Shown here: positions 53,425-64,000 of the stretch, piece after piece
How the letters are laid out: each line of letters opens with the position of its first letter
How positions within the stretch are numbered: position 1 is the stretch's first letter
Notes under the pieces: generated by a model
The model's input: only the letters and a program-made list of their open reading frames with translations
The model's database searches: none
What the model was told of the DNA's origin: nothing
Made by a program: the position numbers and the translations under genes
NCBI RefSeq assembly: GCF_018350175.1
Contig: NC_058368.1
Coordinates: 130,574,001 to 130,638,000, forward strand
Source of the DNA: Felis catus
Lineage: Eukaryota
Length of the DNA: 64,000 nt
Direction of reading: 5' to 3'

Positions 53425-53827
53425 TTTTTAAATGTTTATTTTTGACAGAGAGTGCACGTGAGAGCTGCGGAGGGGCAGAGAAAGAGGATCCTAAGTGGGC
53501 TCTGTGTTGACAGCCAAAAGCCAGATGCAGGGCTCGAACTCAGGAATCCTGAGATGACCTGAGCTGAAGTCCGACAGTTAACCAACTGAGCCATCCAGCG
53601 CCCTCAATATTTTTAATACTTCTTTAATGTATTTATTTTTGAGAGAGAAAGACAGAGCATGAGTGGGGAAGGGACAGAGAGAGAGAGGGAGGCACAGAAT
53701 CTGAAGCAGGATCTGGGCTCTGAGCTGTCAGCGGAGAGCCTGACACGGGGCTTGAACTCAGAAATGGCGAGATCATGACCTGAGCCCGAAGTTAGTCGCT
53801 TAAAAGACTGAGCCACCCAGGTGCCCC
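53425..53827 (-). mobile_element. Two adjacent Can-SINEs (about 53425-53604 and 53616-53827)
   Basis: Two complete antisense bodies in tandem. Confidence 0.9.
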
Positions 53828-54076
53828 GGTTTTTAAATAAATGCTTTGACCAAGGTACTCTGCTAGATACTGAGTATACAATAGTAAAAATAAAAACAGT
53901 TTATGCCCTTATAAGTATCATCTTTCAAGATATGCCCTTGAGCTAAATTGTAGATTAATACCTGAGTTGCAAAGTAAGTTAATAAAAGGTAACCTTTGCT
54001 TAGGCTGTCCTCCCTCACCTCTTCCAAACCTTCCCAATCACTGCTCCTTTAGGTTTGGGGGCCTACTCTGGTATTT

Positions 54077-54342
54077 TCATAGTCACCTTGCAATCACAGT
54101 ACTTACTAATGTGTTTGAAAGTTTTGCAGGGACTACCCTCTCTTCAAGAATATAAGAGAGAAAATAAACTTTTTTCAAACATTACACACATTACTGATTT
54201 TCTTAAAATAGTCATAGTCACCTTGCAATCGCAGTACTTACTAATGTGTTTGAAAGTTGTGCAGGGACTACCCTCTCTTCAAGAATATGAGAGAAAATAA
54301 ACTTTATCAAACATTACACACATTACTGATTTTCTTAAAATA
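54077..54342 (+). repeat. Tandem duplication of a ~135-bp unique sequence
   Basis: tcatagtcaccttgcaatc..ttcttaaaata at 54077-54210 and 54212-54342. Confidence 0.97.
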
Positions 54343-54857
54343 ATGATGTAAACTAAATCATTTCATTATCTCTTATGCTATGTAGATGATTTTTGAAGAG
54401 TAATATGTTAGGTGGAATATATTTTATTGGATACTTAGAAGAAATATACTGCAAATTTTCCTCTTGAAGGAATGAGGTCATAATGATTTAATATTGATAA
54501 AGGTAAAATGTACATAGTTAAGTTTTAACTTATTTCCCCTAATAGACTGTAAAATTAAAAGTTATTTGTCTGAGATGGCCAGGAGTCAGTGAAGTGAGGA
54601 GGTTGTATGGTAAGTAAATTATCTTAATTCTTTATGGCCTAAAAATAAGTTATATGGACTGATACAAATTTTACCTAAGATTTTTTTTAACTTCCATTAT
54701 TTTTATGACATTGTTTTTATAAACGAAACATCTTGACAGAAAAATATGTGAACCAAAAGTAAAGGCAGAAAAAGACCAAAAAGCTATAAAATCTTAAATC
54801 AGTATGCGCATGAATAGAAAGGGAGTGGAGGCAGAATGATTGTATTGAAAATATCTT

Positions 54858-55065
54858 GGGGGCACCTGGGTGGCTCAGGCAGTTAAGCATCAGACTTCAG
54901 GTCAGGTCGTGATCTTGCAGTTTATGAGTTTGAGCCCCAGGTTGGGTTCTGTGCCAACAGCTCAGAGGCCGGAGCCTGCTTTGGATTCTGTGTCTCCCTC
55001 TCTCTCTGCCTTTCCCCACTTTGTGCTCTGTCTCTCTCTCAAAAATTAGTAATAAAAAAAAGTTT
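54858..55065 (+). mobile_element. Can-SINE
   Basis: Full body and A-rich tail. Confidence 0.92.
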
Positions 55066-55393
55066 AAAAATTCAAAAATTCTTGGAACCAGGGTTTCACA
55101 AAGTATAGATTTATGTCTTGACTTAGCCACTTTCCCAATGGTTTTATTCTGATCACAAACTCTATAAGCCTTTGTTACCTCGCCTCTTCAAAGAAGGTGT
55201 GAGAGCATTCACCATATACTACCTCAGAGAATTACTGCAAGGGTAAATGGAATAAAGGAGATAAGCAGACATAAACATGTGTTAGTAAACTTCATAGAGC
55301 TAATAATTATATATACATACCTTCAAGAAGTCTGCCACTAGTGGGGAAGTGAGAGCTGGCACAGAAGCTCAAAGAACAAAAAAGTTTCTAAGA

Positions 55394-55580
55394 AGGGTGC
55401 CTGGATGGCTCAGTTGGTTAAGTGTCCGACTCTTGTTTTCGGGTCAGGTCATGATCTCACAGTTCGTGATTTCGAGCCCCGTGTAGGGCTCAGTGCTGCT
55501 GGTGCAGAGCCTGCCTGGGATTCTCTCTCTCTGCCCCTCCCCTTCTCTCTCTTTCTCTCAAATAAACTTAAAAAAAAATT
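55394..55580 (+). mobile_element. Can-SINE
   Basis: Full body; flanking aaagt(t/g)tctaagaagg duplication. Confidence 0.92.
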
Positions 55581-55597
55581 TAAAGTGTCTAAGAAGG

Positions 55598-55957
55598 AGT
55601 TATGTGTTAAAATGTGTCCCCCACCCCCCACTTCCTGTGTGGAAATCCTAATCTCCAGTAGTTTAGAATGTGACCTTATTTGGAAATAGGGTTAGGGCAG
55701 ATGTAATTAGGTAAGATGAGGTCATACTAGAGTAGGGTGAGCTATGACTGGTGTCCTTATAAAAAGGGAAAATTTGGGCACAGAGAGATAGACATACATA
55801 TAAGGTAGATGACAGGAAGAGACATGAGAGAGGACAGCCATCTGCAAGCCCAGGAGATGCTTCTCTCACACCTCTCAGAAGGAACCACCTCTGTGGACGC
55901 TTTGACTTCTGACTTCTAGCCTCCAAAACTGTGAGAGGATCAACTTATGTTGTTTAA
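55598..55957 (+). mobile_element. MaLR solo LTR (MLT1B/C-like), 3' end missing
   Basis: gaatgtgaccttatttggaaataggg, gactggtgtccttataa, gacttctagcctccaaaactgtgaga. Confidence 0.88.
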
Positions 55958-55986
55958 ACTATATGTTAAACTATGTTCAAACCATG

Positions 55987-56171
55987 TTGTTTACGGTTGC
56001 AAGTCATGTACCTTCACATTTAGCTTTCCAGACTTCTTTACAGGCTATGAGTAGTTTTGTGGTCTAATTCTGACCACGATAATATAAGAAGTGCTCCACT
56101 GGCTGGAACTTACAGAAAAGTATCGTTTGTCTCATAAACAAAAGACAAATAATTTAACATTTACCTTTGCC
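55987..56171 (+). repeat. Direct-repeat copy of 57345-57526 (~85% identity)
   Basis: Manual alignment; shared ctaattctgaccac.ataatataagaagtgctcca and catttacctttgcc. Confidence 0.92.
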
Positions 56172-57274
56172 AGTTTGCAGCATTTTGTTAAAGCAGACTG
56201 AGCAGGGAGATAAAAATAGAAAAGGCTAGGCCATTTTATAGTGTGAGGAAAGTAACCAAAGAATTGGAAGAGCGTATCCTTAGATTTCATTTTATTTTTG
56301 TCATCATTTTCACACCATGTCTAAAAATGGGATGGGCATGATGGTCACTAAATAATATTGACCGACCTCAGTATTGTGAACATGACACAACAGCTAGAGC
56401 AGTGCCACATTGATTTGTGCTTAATCTAACTACTGTGCTGTAACAGTAGAAAAGTTTAAAAAGCAGTAACTTAAGACTAACAGTACAAAAGGAGAGATTC
56501 ACAAATAGGAACAAAGAAAAATTTTCAATTTCGACCTCAGTATATTTTATAGAAAATGGAAACACACTTTTTGGAAATGCAAGAAGTGTCTTGGAGAGAA
56601 AATAAATTCCTTTGCCCTATTCCGGTTGCAAGTTGCTTACCATGGTGCCCCAGCTGAGGCATTTATCCTTCCCTTCTTTCGTTTGTTTCTTTTTTTTTTT
56701 TTTTTGGCATATGAAGTAAACCGTATACTCATACATCCCTGCCATTCTTCCACCATTGTTGTAAAAGGTGATTACGTATAGCAGGCGGACAGGGCCAGTT
56801 AGAGTAGCTAATGATTGCCGGTTCACTCAAATTACCATCCTATGAATAATAGTAAAATTGGAAAAATAAAGGTCGTATCTTTTTCCATGAGGACACTCAC
56901 ATCACCAACTGTAGACCCATCTCAGCATTTATTGACTGTCAACAGTGATGAAAAGTGGCAGCACCAGTTACATATGGTAATTCCAATCTAAAGAGTCTAT
57001 TGAATGATGCATTTGCTTTCCATCAAGGCACCCAGCACAGCATTATAGGAAGTTAGAGTTTGTTATTCCCTCATACATCAAAGTCGGCTTGCCAGTATTG
57101 TATTTATTGACCTGTCCAACTCTTTTTACATGATTGATCACTTTTGCCACCCAAGGGTTTTCCCTGTTGCCCTGTCAGAGCAAAGTTCGTAACAGTGCTT
57201 AAAAAATTTAAAGTCCTCTTTACTGTTTCCCTGGGAAAAATTTTAATTTCACAGGAACTAGAGACATCCAGTGT

Positions 57275-57775
57275 TGTAGCAGACATTGACTTTGCTACTC
57301 AACATGCATTCTCCCCTTCATTACCACCAAAGACAATCCCTATTTTGTTTAGGGTTACAAGGTACGTGCCTTCACATTTAATTTTCCAGACTTCCTTATG
57401 ATTTGAGTTGTTTTGTGATCTAATTCTGACCACAATAATATAAGAAGTGCTCCAATGGCTGGAGCTTACGGAAAGTATCATTTTTCTCATAAACAAAGGA
57501 CAAATCATTCAGCATTTACCTTTGCCTTTCACTTGGTCTACTTCTTTTTTCCTGGTATGTGAACATAATACATCGTGGCAAAACAATTTTGTGAACATGA
57601 AAATGGAACCACTCAGTAAAGATGCTTATGTGAGGTCCCTATGGCATTTCTAGGAGCCAAGCAACGAGCTCTGGAATGGTCACCTCTGAACTCAAGTGAG
57701 AAAACTGCTCCCTATTATATTGAAGTCACGGGCATTTATTTGAGTTTTCTTCTGTAGGCAGATGAATGCAATATT
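57275..57775 (+). mobile_element. Ancient MaLR-type LTR (MLT1J/K/L-like)
   Basis: tttccagacttcctt..ctaattctgacca..tataagaag and ctctggaatggtcacctctgaact motifs. Confidence 0.55.
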
Positions 57776-59276
57776 AAAGAGTTCACAAGCTCCATGTATA
57801 GGTACAACCATTCTATAATAGCTGGGCTTTGTAATGATATTTTTATCAGGGCAACAACTATTTCTACCAATCAATTTCAAGATAAAAATGTTATATTTTA
57901 AGAATTATATCTTGTAGACTTTAGAAGACATTGTATATGTAGAGAACTAGGTCTGTTTTCCTCTTTCCTTCTGGAATTAAACATCAGAAAAATCTGACAT
58001 CTTCATATAGATGGCATAGAAAATGTCAAGTCTCCCTACTTTTGACATGATACTAACATGGTATATTGGGCTTCCTTCCCTCCAGGTCACAAGTCACTCT
58101 CTAGCAATAATTTAATCCTCAGAGAGGTTCATCTTGATGAATTTGAGTGTGGAAGGTGAGAGGAAGGGAAAAAAGAAGCAACAAGCAATAGGCCATTGAC
58201 TTCCCCAGTTTGAAGAATTCACATTAATAATCTCAGCAACACAGGAATTTCATGCATATTATATGATGTATACTATGTATAATATATAAAATAAAGTGAT
58301 AATGTATTTATGTACCTTTTTTATGGAAAGACATCTCTTCTCTGTCATATTGCTTTATTTTCCTGAGCAGTTCACATATGTTCAGTGGCACAAACCCAGG
58401 GAAATAAGCCATAGGCATTTGCTGATAAAAATAATTATGTCTTGACTTCTCCACTCATAAATATCTATGAAAGATATTTTTTGATTCTGACATCTCAAAG
58501 ATGACTATGACAGTTTTTTTCTAATATATGTATTGATAGCCAAGTTACCACTATCCATTTTATTACATCCCTGAAAGAAAAGAAAAACTAATTATAGTGT
58601 GGATCATTTTGGTATATGGATAATTAAATATGTGTAATTTAGAGATGATGATCTTAATTTCAATGTCTTTTTAAGATTTATGAGAAAGTGATCTTTATTC
58701 AACTTAGGAAGAATGCTGTAGCTGTAGAGTTTCTGGCAAATAATCAATATATTAATGTTAAGGAGATGCAACCAATGACAGAGTTCAGTCTCTGAATGAC
58801 CAAGATCTAGAACCTAAACCTGATAGGGGGAATAATCACTTATGAACTACTGCCTATTCCATATCTTACTTATCAGTATCTTTGGGCACCCAACAATATT
58901 AGATACACTTAGAAATAATTCAAAAGAGAGAACAAACACCATCATGGAAGCACAAAATTCTCTAAGACTTCCAATAAAATAATTTGTTGATTTTATTATG
59001 TCCTCCTACGAATTTTGCTTCTCTTTAAGTGGCTAGTGAACATAGGTTGGAATCTTTACAAACTTAGGAATCTATACAAACTTCACTAGAATCTATACAA
59101 ACTTAGGAGGAAAGTGAAAATACATTTGATTTCTCCCAGTACCTCACCCATTAGATGCTGCTGTCTCATTTTATGCTTTGCTTAGAAATGTAAAGAAATG
59201 CATTCTATCCCATACCCATTTTTTAACACATATTTTCAATCCTTTTTTCCAGTTAAGGTAAAAATGGTTGATAGTC

Positions 59277-59499
59277 GGGGCGCCTGGGTGGCACAGTCGG
59301 TTAAGCATCCGACTTCAGCCAGGTCACGATCTCGCGGTCCGGGAGTTCGAGCCCCGTGTCGGGCTCTGGGCTGATGGCTCAGAGCCTGGAGCCTGTTTCC
59401 GATTCTGTGTCTCCCTCTCTCTCTCTGCCCCTCCCCCGTTCATGCTCTGTCTCTCTCTGTCCCAAAAATAAATAAACGTTGAAAAAAAAATTAAAAAAA
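59277..59499 (+). mobile_element. Young SINEC_Fc
   Basis: CpG-rich, TSD aaaaatggttgatagt. Confidence 0.96.
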
Positions 59500-59749
59500 A
59501 TGGTTGATAGTTTCCAAAATGTTCCTTTCTGAGGGGTCCTTAAATTTTAATAATGACTAAGATCTAGACCCAAGGTCTAGAAAGGTATTTCAGGCAAGGA
59601 CCCTGAAGTGGCTTGGGCCCAGCACATGGTTAAATAATCACTTTCAATATGAAAAGTAAAGGAAGGGAGAAGAATCTTTTGCTAGCTTAATACTTATCAT
59701 TCAACTCAGAGAGAAATGAAGACAAAGATTTGACTCAATGTCCATAATA

Positions 59750-60305
59750 CGTATTTATCATCTATTGTCATGTAACAAATTACCTTCACACTTAGTTTAA
59801 AAAAAATTATTATTTTTCACAGTTCTATGGTTGACTGGCACACCTCAGTGATCTCTCTTAGGGACTCCCATGAAGTTGTAGTCAGATAGACACTGAGACT
59901 GGAGCTATCCAAAGGTAAATTGGCTGCATGTTCAAAATGAATCACTAATGTGGCTGGTGATTGATGCTTACTTTCCTTACTAGGTGGGCTTGTTCATTGA
60001 GGAATGAACTTACACATGCCTTCTCTACATGTCTTGGACTTCTTGCAGCAAGATGGTTTGGTTTCCCAAAGAGGGTCCCAAAAATGAGTATTCCAGGAGA
60101 CCCAGGGAGAAGATGTAAAGCTGATGACTTACCCTCAGATGTGACAGAATGTCACTTCTGCTACCTTTTATTGGTTAAATATCCCAGAAGTCAAGATAAA
60201 CTTTTAACTCTAATTTTGGATGGGAGAGTGGCAAAGTGACATTGACAAGAGCATATGGGATGAAATATACTTACAGATCATCTTCTGAAAATGCAATCTC
60301 CACAT
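59750..60305 (-). mobile_element. Ancient MaLR LTR (MLT1-type)
   Basis: ctattgtcatgtaacaaattacc..aatgtcacttctgc..aaaatgcaatctccaca. Confidence 0.65.
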
Positions 60306-60574
60306 CATCTATGACAAGATGGTCACTGCTTGACAGTTTCCATTTTCTCATTTGTTTATAAAATGGGTTTCCAGAAATATAACTGGGTCCATAGCTATTT
60401 CACTAGAAATAGTGTTATCTAGTGTTTTGTTTTGTTTTTTGGTGGCTTTTGTTTTTGTTGTTGTTTTGTTTTCTTAAGCTCACTATATGATATTCGATCA
60501 AGTTCCAGGCAAGGAATGTGAGCAGAAGGGATATACGCATGTTCCAGACCTGCTCTTAAAAGTGAGGCTGCTTG

Positions 60575-60785
60575 GGGGGCACCTGGGTGGCTCAGTAGGT
60601 TAAGTGTCTGACTTCAGCTCAGGTCATGATCTTACGGTCTATGAGTTTGAGCCCTGCGTTGGGCTCTGTGCTGACAGCTCGGAGCCTGGAGCCTGCTTCG
60701 GATTCTGTGTCTCCCCTTCTCTCTGCCCCTCCCCTGCTCATGCTCTGTCTCTCTCTGTCTCAAAAATAAATAAAAACATTAAATA
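60575..60785 (+). mobile_element. SINEC_Fc
   Basis: TSD aaaagtgaggctgctt. Confidence 0.95.
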
Positions 60786-61180
60786 AAAGTGAGGCTGCTT
60801 GCTCTGTATGGACTTCTCTTACGCTGTGTCCCATAGCTTGAAACTGTTGAAGATCAGAGCAACAGTAGAAGCCCCATTTTAAGAACAGCAGCATCTCCCT
60901 ACCAGCCTTGAGCTCCAGTCTTGGAATTATCCCGTGGGAGGAAAATAAAATATCCATCTTAATTAAGTCTTTGTACTTATGGGTCTTTCATTATAGTAGC
61001 TTGTGCCAACTGTAGATACTGTACTTTCATATACCATTTCCCAAATCCCTGGAGTAACTATATGTTATTGTAGGGCTATTTTTCTGATTGATGCTTAAGT
61101 CTTTTAATGTAGGAGATAGAGATAGTGGACAATGGAATGTGTTACTGAACTACAAAGAAAATTACTTATATGCTTACTCT

Positions 61181-61376
61181 TTTTTTATGTTTATTTTTAT
61201 TTTTTGAGAGAGAGCGAGAGAGGCAGAGAGACAGAGGGGGACAAAAGTTCCAAAGCAGGCTCCAGGCTCTGAGCTGTCAGCAGACTGCCCAATGCAGGGC
61301 TAGAACTCAGGAACCATGAGATAATGACCTGAGCCAAAGTCAGACACTTAACTGACTATGCTACCCAGGTGCCCCC
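61181..61376 (-). mobile_element. Can-SINE
   Basis: TSD atatgcttactctt. Confidence 0.93.
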
Positions 61377-61841
61377 ATATATGCTTACTCTTAAAAAAAA
61401 GTGTGAACGTGCTCTATCATGGATAATCTTTCACCTTCTTTTCAGCAATAATAACTTTAAAATTTTGTTGCACTTACATCTTCCCAGGGGAATAGATGAG
61501 TGTGGTTTGTGCAGACAGGGAGAGAAAGGAGTTAAAATGGGAATTATTTTCCATAATAATTCTTAAACTTGAAGATAAGTATAAATTTAAGGAACTGAAA
61601 GCTGTGATTTTGTTTCAGCTCTATACAATTGTTATTGCTGGTTCTGTTTATAAAATCTTTGAAATGAATTCTGCTTATGTATAATTTTCACAATTAAAAT
61701 TTTCTTCAAGAAAGCTAAAATCCTGTATGTATTTGTAATTTGTTAATATTTCACCTGTACTTTAATTTTTCAGTGTCCAACTTCTCAATTTCTCTGTCAA
61801 GGATTTTAGAAAGCAAAGAGCTTTCTTATTTCTTTTTTAAT

Positions 61842-61842
61842 T

Positions 61843-61893
<51 letters not shown>

Positions 61894-61894
61894 T
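61842..61894 (+). repeat. (TTTA)n microsatellite
   Basis: Direct read. Confidence 0.95.
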
Positions 61895-62057
61895 GTGAGA
61901 AGAGCTTTCATGACTTCACTGTTGAGGAAAAGAAATCTGTTTATTTGTAACTGTAGGAAAATACATTTTAGAGATACCAGCCTAAATTTTAACATAGGGC
62001 ATGTAAGCCATAAATATTTCAGTTCAATATGAGAATATTTTAAAATAAGGAATTTTA

Positions 62058-62220
62058 GGGGTGCTTGGGTGGCTCAGTTGGTTAAGCCTTTGACTTCAGC
62101 TCAGGTCATGATCTCACAGTTTGTGAGTTTGAGCCCCGCATCAGGCTCTGTGCTGACACCTCAAAGCCTGGAGCCTGCTTCTGATTCTGTGTCTCCCTCT
62201 GTCTCCGTCCCTCCCCCCCC
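62058..62220 (+). mobile_element. Can-SINE lacking its A tail, abutting an L1 3' end
   Basis: SINE body stops in the C-rich tract. Confidence 0.88.
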
Positions 62221-62233
62221 AACTCAAAACCAA

Positions 62234-62675
62234 GTACTACTTGGCAATGAGAAAGAATGAAATCATGCCATTTGCAGCACTGTGGAGGGAAGTGGAGGGT
62301 ATTATGCTAAGTGAAATAAGTCAATCAGAGAAGGACAGATATCATATGTTTTCCCTCATATGTGGATATTGAGAAACTTAACAGAAGACCACGGGGGAAA
62401 GGAAGGGTAAAAAAAAAAGTTACCAACAGAGAGGGAGGGAGGCAAACCATAAGAGACCCTTAAATACAGAGAACAAACTGAGGGTAGATGGGGAGGGGGG
62501 AAGAGGGGGAAATGGGTGATGGTCATAGAAGAGAGCATTTGTTGGGATGAGCACTGGGTGTTGTATGTAAGCAATGAACCACGGGAACCTACCCCAAAAC
62601 CAAGAGCATGCTTTACACACTGTATGTTAGCCAATTTGACTTTAAATTATATTTTTAAAAACAAATTTTAAAAAA
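62234..62675 (+). mobile_element. 5'-truncated felid/carnivore L1 3' end
   Basis: ggcaatgagaaagaatgaaat..ggatgagcactgggtgttgtat..tgtatgttagccaatttgac. Confidence 0.9.
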
Positions 62676-63385
62676 TGGTAATGTCAAGAGAACTGCTTTA
62701 TTCCTTGGACTTCGGAGTATACACATCAAATTAACAAAGAAGGATCACTATATGCATTCCATTTTGTATGCAACTTATACCTACTCTAATTTTCCCTATC
62801 ACAAACATAAAAGCCAGCTAGCTAGCCAGCTCCCAATAAATTGTACTTATTAGTCCTTTTGGCCAAAGCATGTAATTTAGTTGATTCCAGATTAGAGAGG
62901 TAGAGCAGGATGTCTAACCACAATGTGAGGGCGCTGGCAACTTGTATAGCAATGGCAAGGATCGCAGGAACTTTGCAAAACTGGGACTACTTTTTTGTGA
63001 TTAATCTATTCTTCCTCTTCTCTCACCTTTCCCCTTCCAACACTATTAAGATTTGAGATACTTTCATTCTTTTCTGTTACCAGGGTTTTCTTTCTTGTTT
63101 CACTGTTTGTTTTATCGCTTTATTGTGCTATAATTCATATACAAAGAAATGCCCATATTCAATGTGTATAATTTGATGAATTTAGATGAATATGCAAACA
63201 TTCATGACAACATGACCACAACCAACATAATAGACATATCCAGCAAGTCTCAAAGTTTCTGTGGATTCTTTTTCTTATTCTAATAGTAAGAACACTTAAC
63301 ATTAGATCTATCCACTTAAAAATTTTGAAATATATAATACCATCAAGTTTGCTCTCCAAAACTTATGTCAAGAAATGTGCATGGA

Positions 63386-63595
63386 GGGGCACCCGGGTGG
63401 CTCAGTTGGTTAAGCGGCCGACTTCAGCTCAGGTCATGATCTCGTGGCCCGTGAGTTCGAGCCCCGCTTCGGGCTCTGTGCTGACAGCTCAGAGCCTGGA
63501 GCCTGTTTCAGATTCTGTGTCTCCCTCTCTCTGACCCTCCCCCGTTCATGCTCTGTCTCTCTCTGTCTCAAAAATAAATAAACGTTAAAAAAAAA
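63386..63595 (+). mobile_element. SINEC_Fc
   Basis: Full CpG-rich body and A tail. Confidence 0.94.
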
Positions 63596-64000
63596 GAAAT
63601 TGTATTCCCTCTGGGAATAAGTGTCATGGGATACACATTTTTCTGTGAGGAATTAATAGATACTGATCCATCATTTCCTAGCACTCAGAGTTGCTCCAGA
63701 GAAAGCCCTCCCCTAGCATTTTTAATCATTGAACTACTAATGTATACTTCAACCTCTGAGAACTTCAGGTCAGGATCCAAGATGTTTCTACAAACACAGT
63801 TGGAAAAAAGGCTTAGAACAAACAGACTTGTTTTACTTTGTCCTATTATAAAAACCAGAATCTATAGACTGTTAGCTGAATAATGGGAACATTTGGGGAA
63901 GACTCTTCTCCTTATTTCCTGACACCCATATATCTTGGATAAAATTCACATGTCATCACTTTTATTTAATTTTTAATAAAAATATTTACTGCCTAAGACT

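Noticed and set aside
56609..56633. cctttgcc-ctattc-cggttgcaagt resembles the end and start of the 185-bp repeat fused together
   Set aside because: Matches are only 8 and 11 nt, within plausible chance; no further homology.
741..63534. Recurrent ORFs with GHDLTV.EFEP or SAQVMIS..SPASGS motifs that look like a protein family
   Set aside because: They are translations of Can-SINE copies.

Overview
Mammalian nuclear DNA, most likely from a cat-family (feliform) carnivore, judged from about 25 tRNA-derived Can-SINEs of the SINEC_Fc type and felid-type LINE-1s. It is AT-rich and repeat-dominated. I find no supportable intact host exon; the longer ORFs I could trace come from L1, SINE or mitochondrial-derived sequence. 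Main content: (1) a ~19 kb Russian-doll stack of same-strand L1s (11.2-30.4 kb) containing a near full-length but inactivated felid L1 (21367-27226); (2) an old nuclear mitochondrial insertion (tRNA-Leu(UUR) 3' end plus most of ND1, 6142-6973) that truncates a MaLR LTR; (3) a probable processed-mRNA 3'UTR with poly(A) that replaces part of an L1 (28545-28954); (4) older LTR, MIR, L2 and MER5 relics. The most unusual structure is a young 642-bp composite insertion (36387-37028). It consists of two ~99%-identical inverted copies taken from opposite sides: one from ~4 kb downstream and one from ~9 kb upstream. Several smaller templated-repair scars are also present: a tandem duplication, a dispersed duplication with a stuttered junction, a micro-inversion and antisense L1 fillers. 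Repeat subfamily names and repeat boundaries are by eye and approximate. Duplication coordinates were aligned manually.
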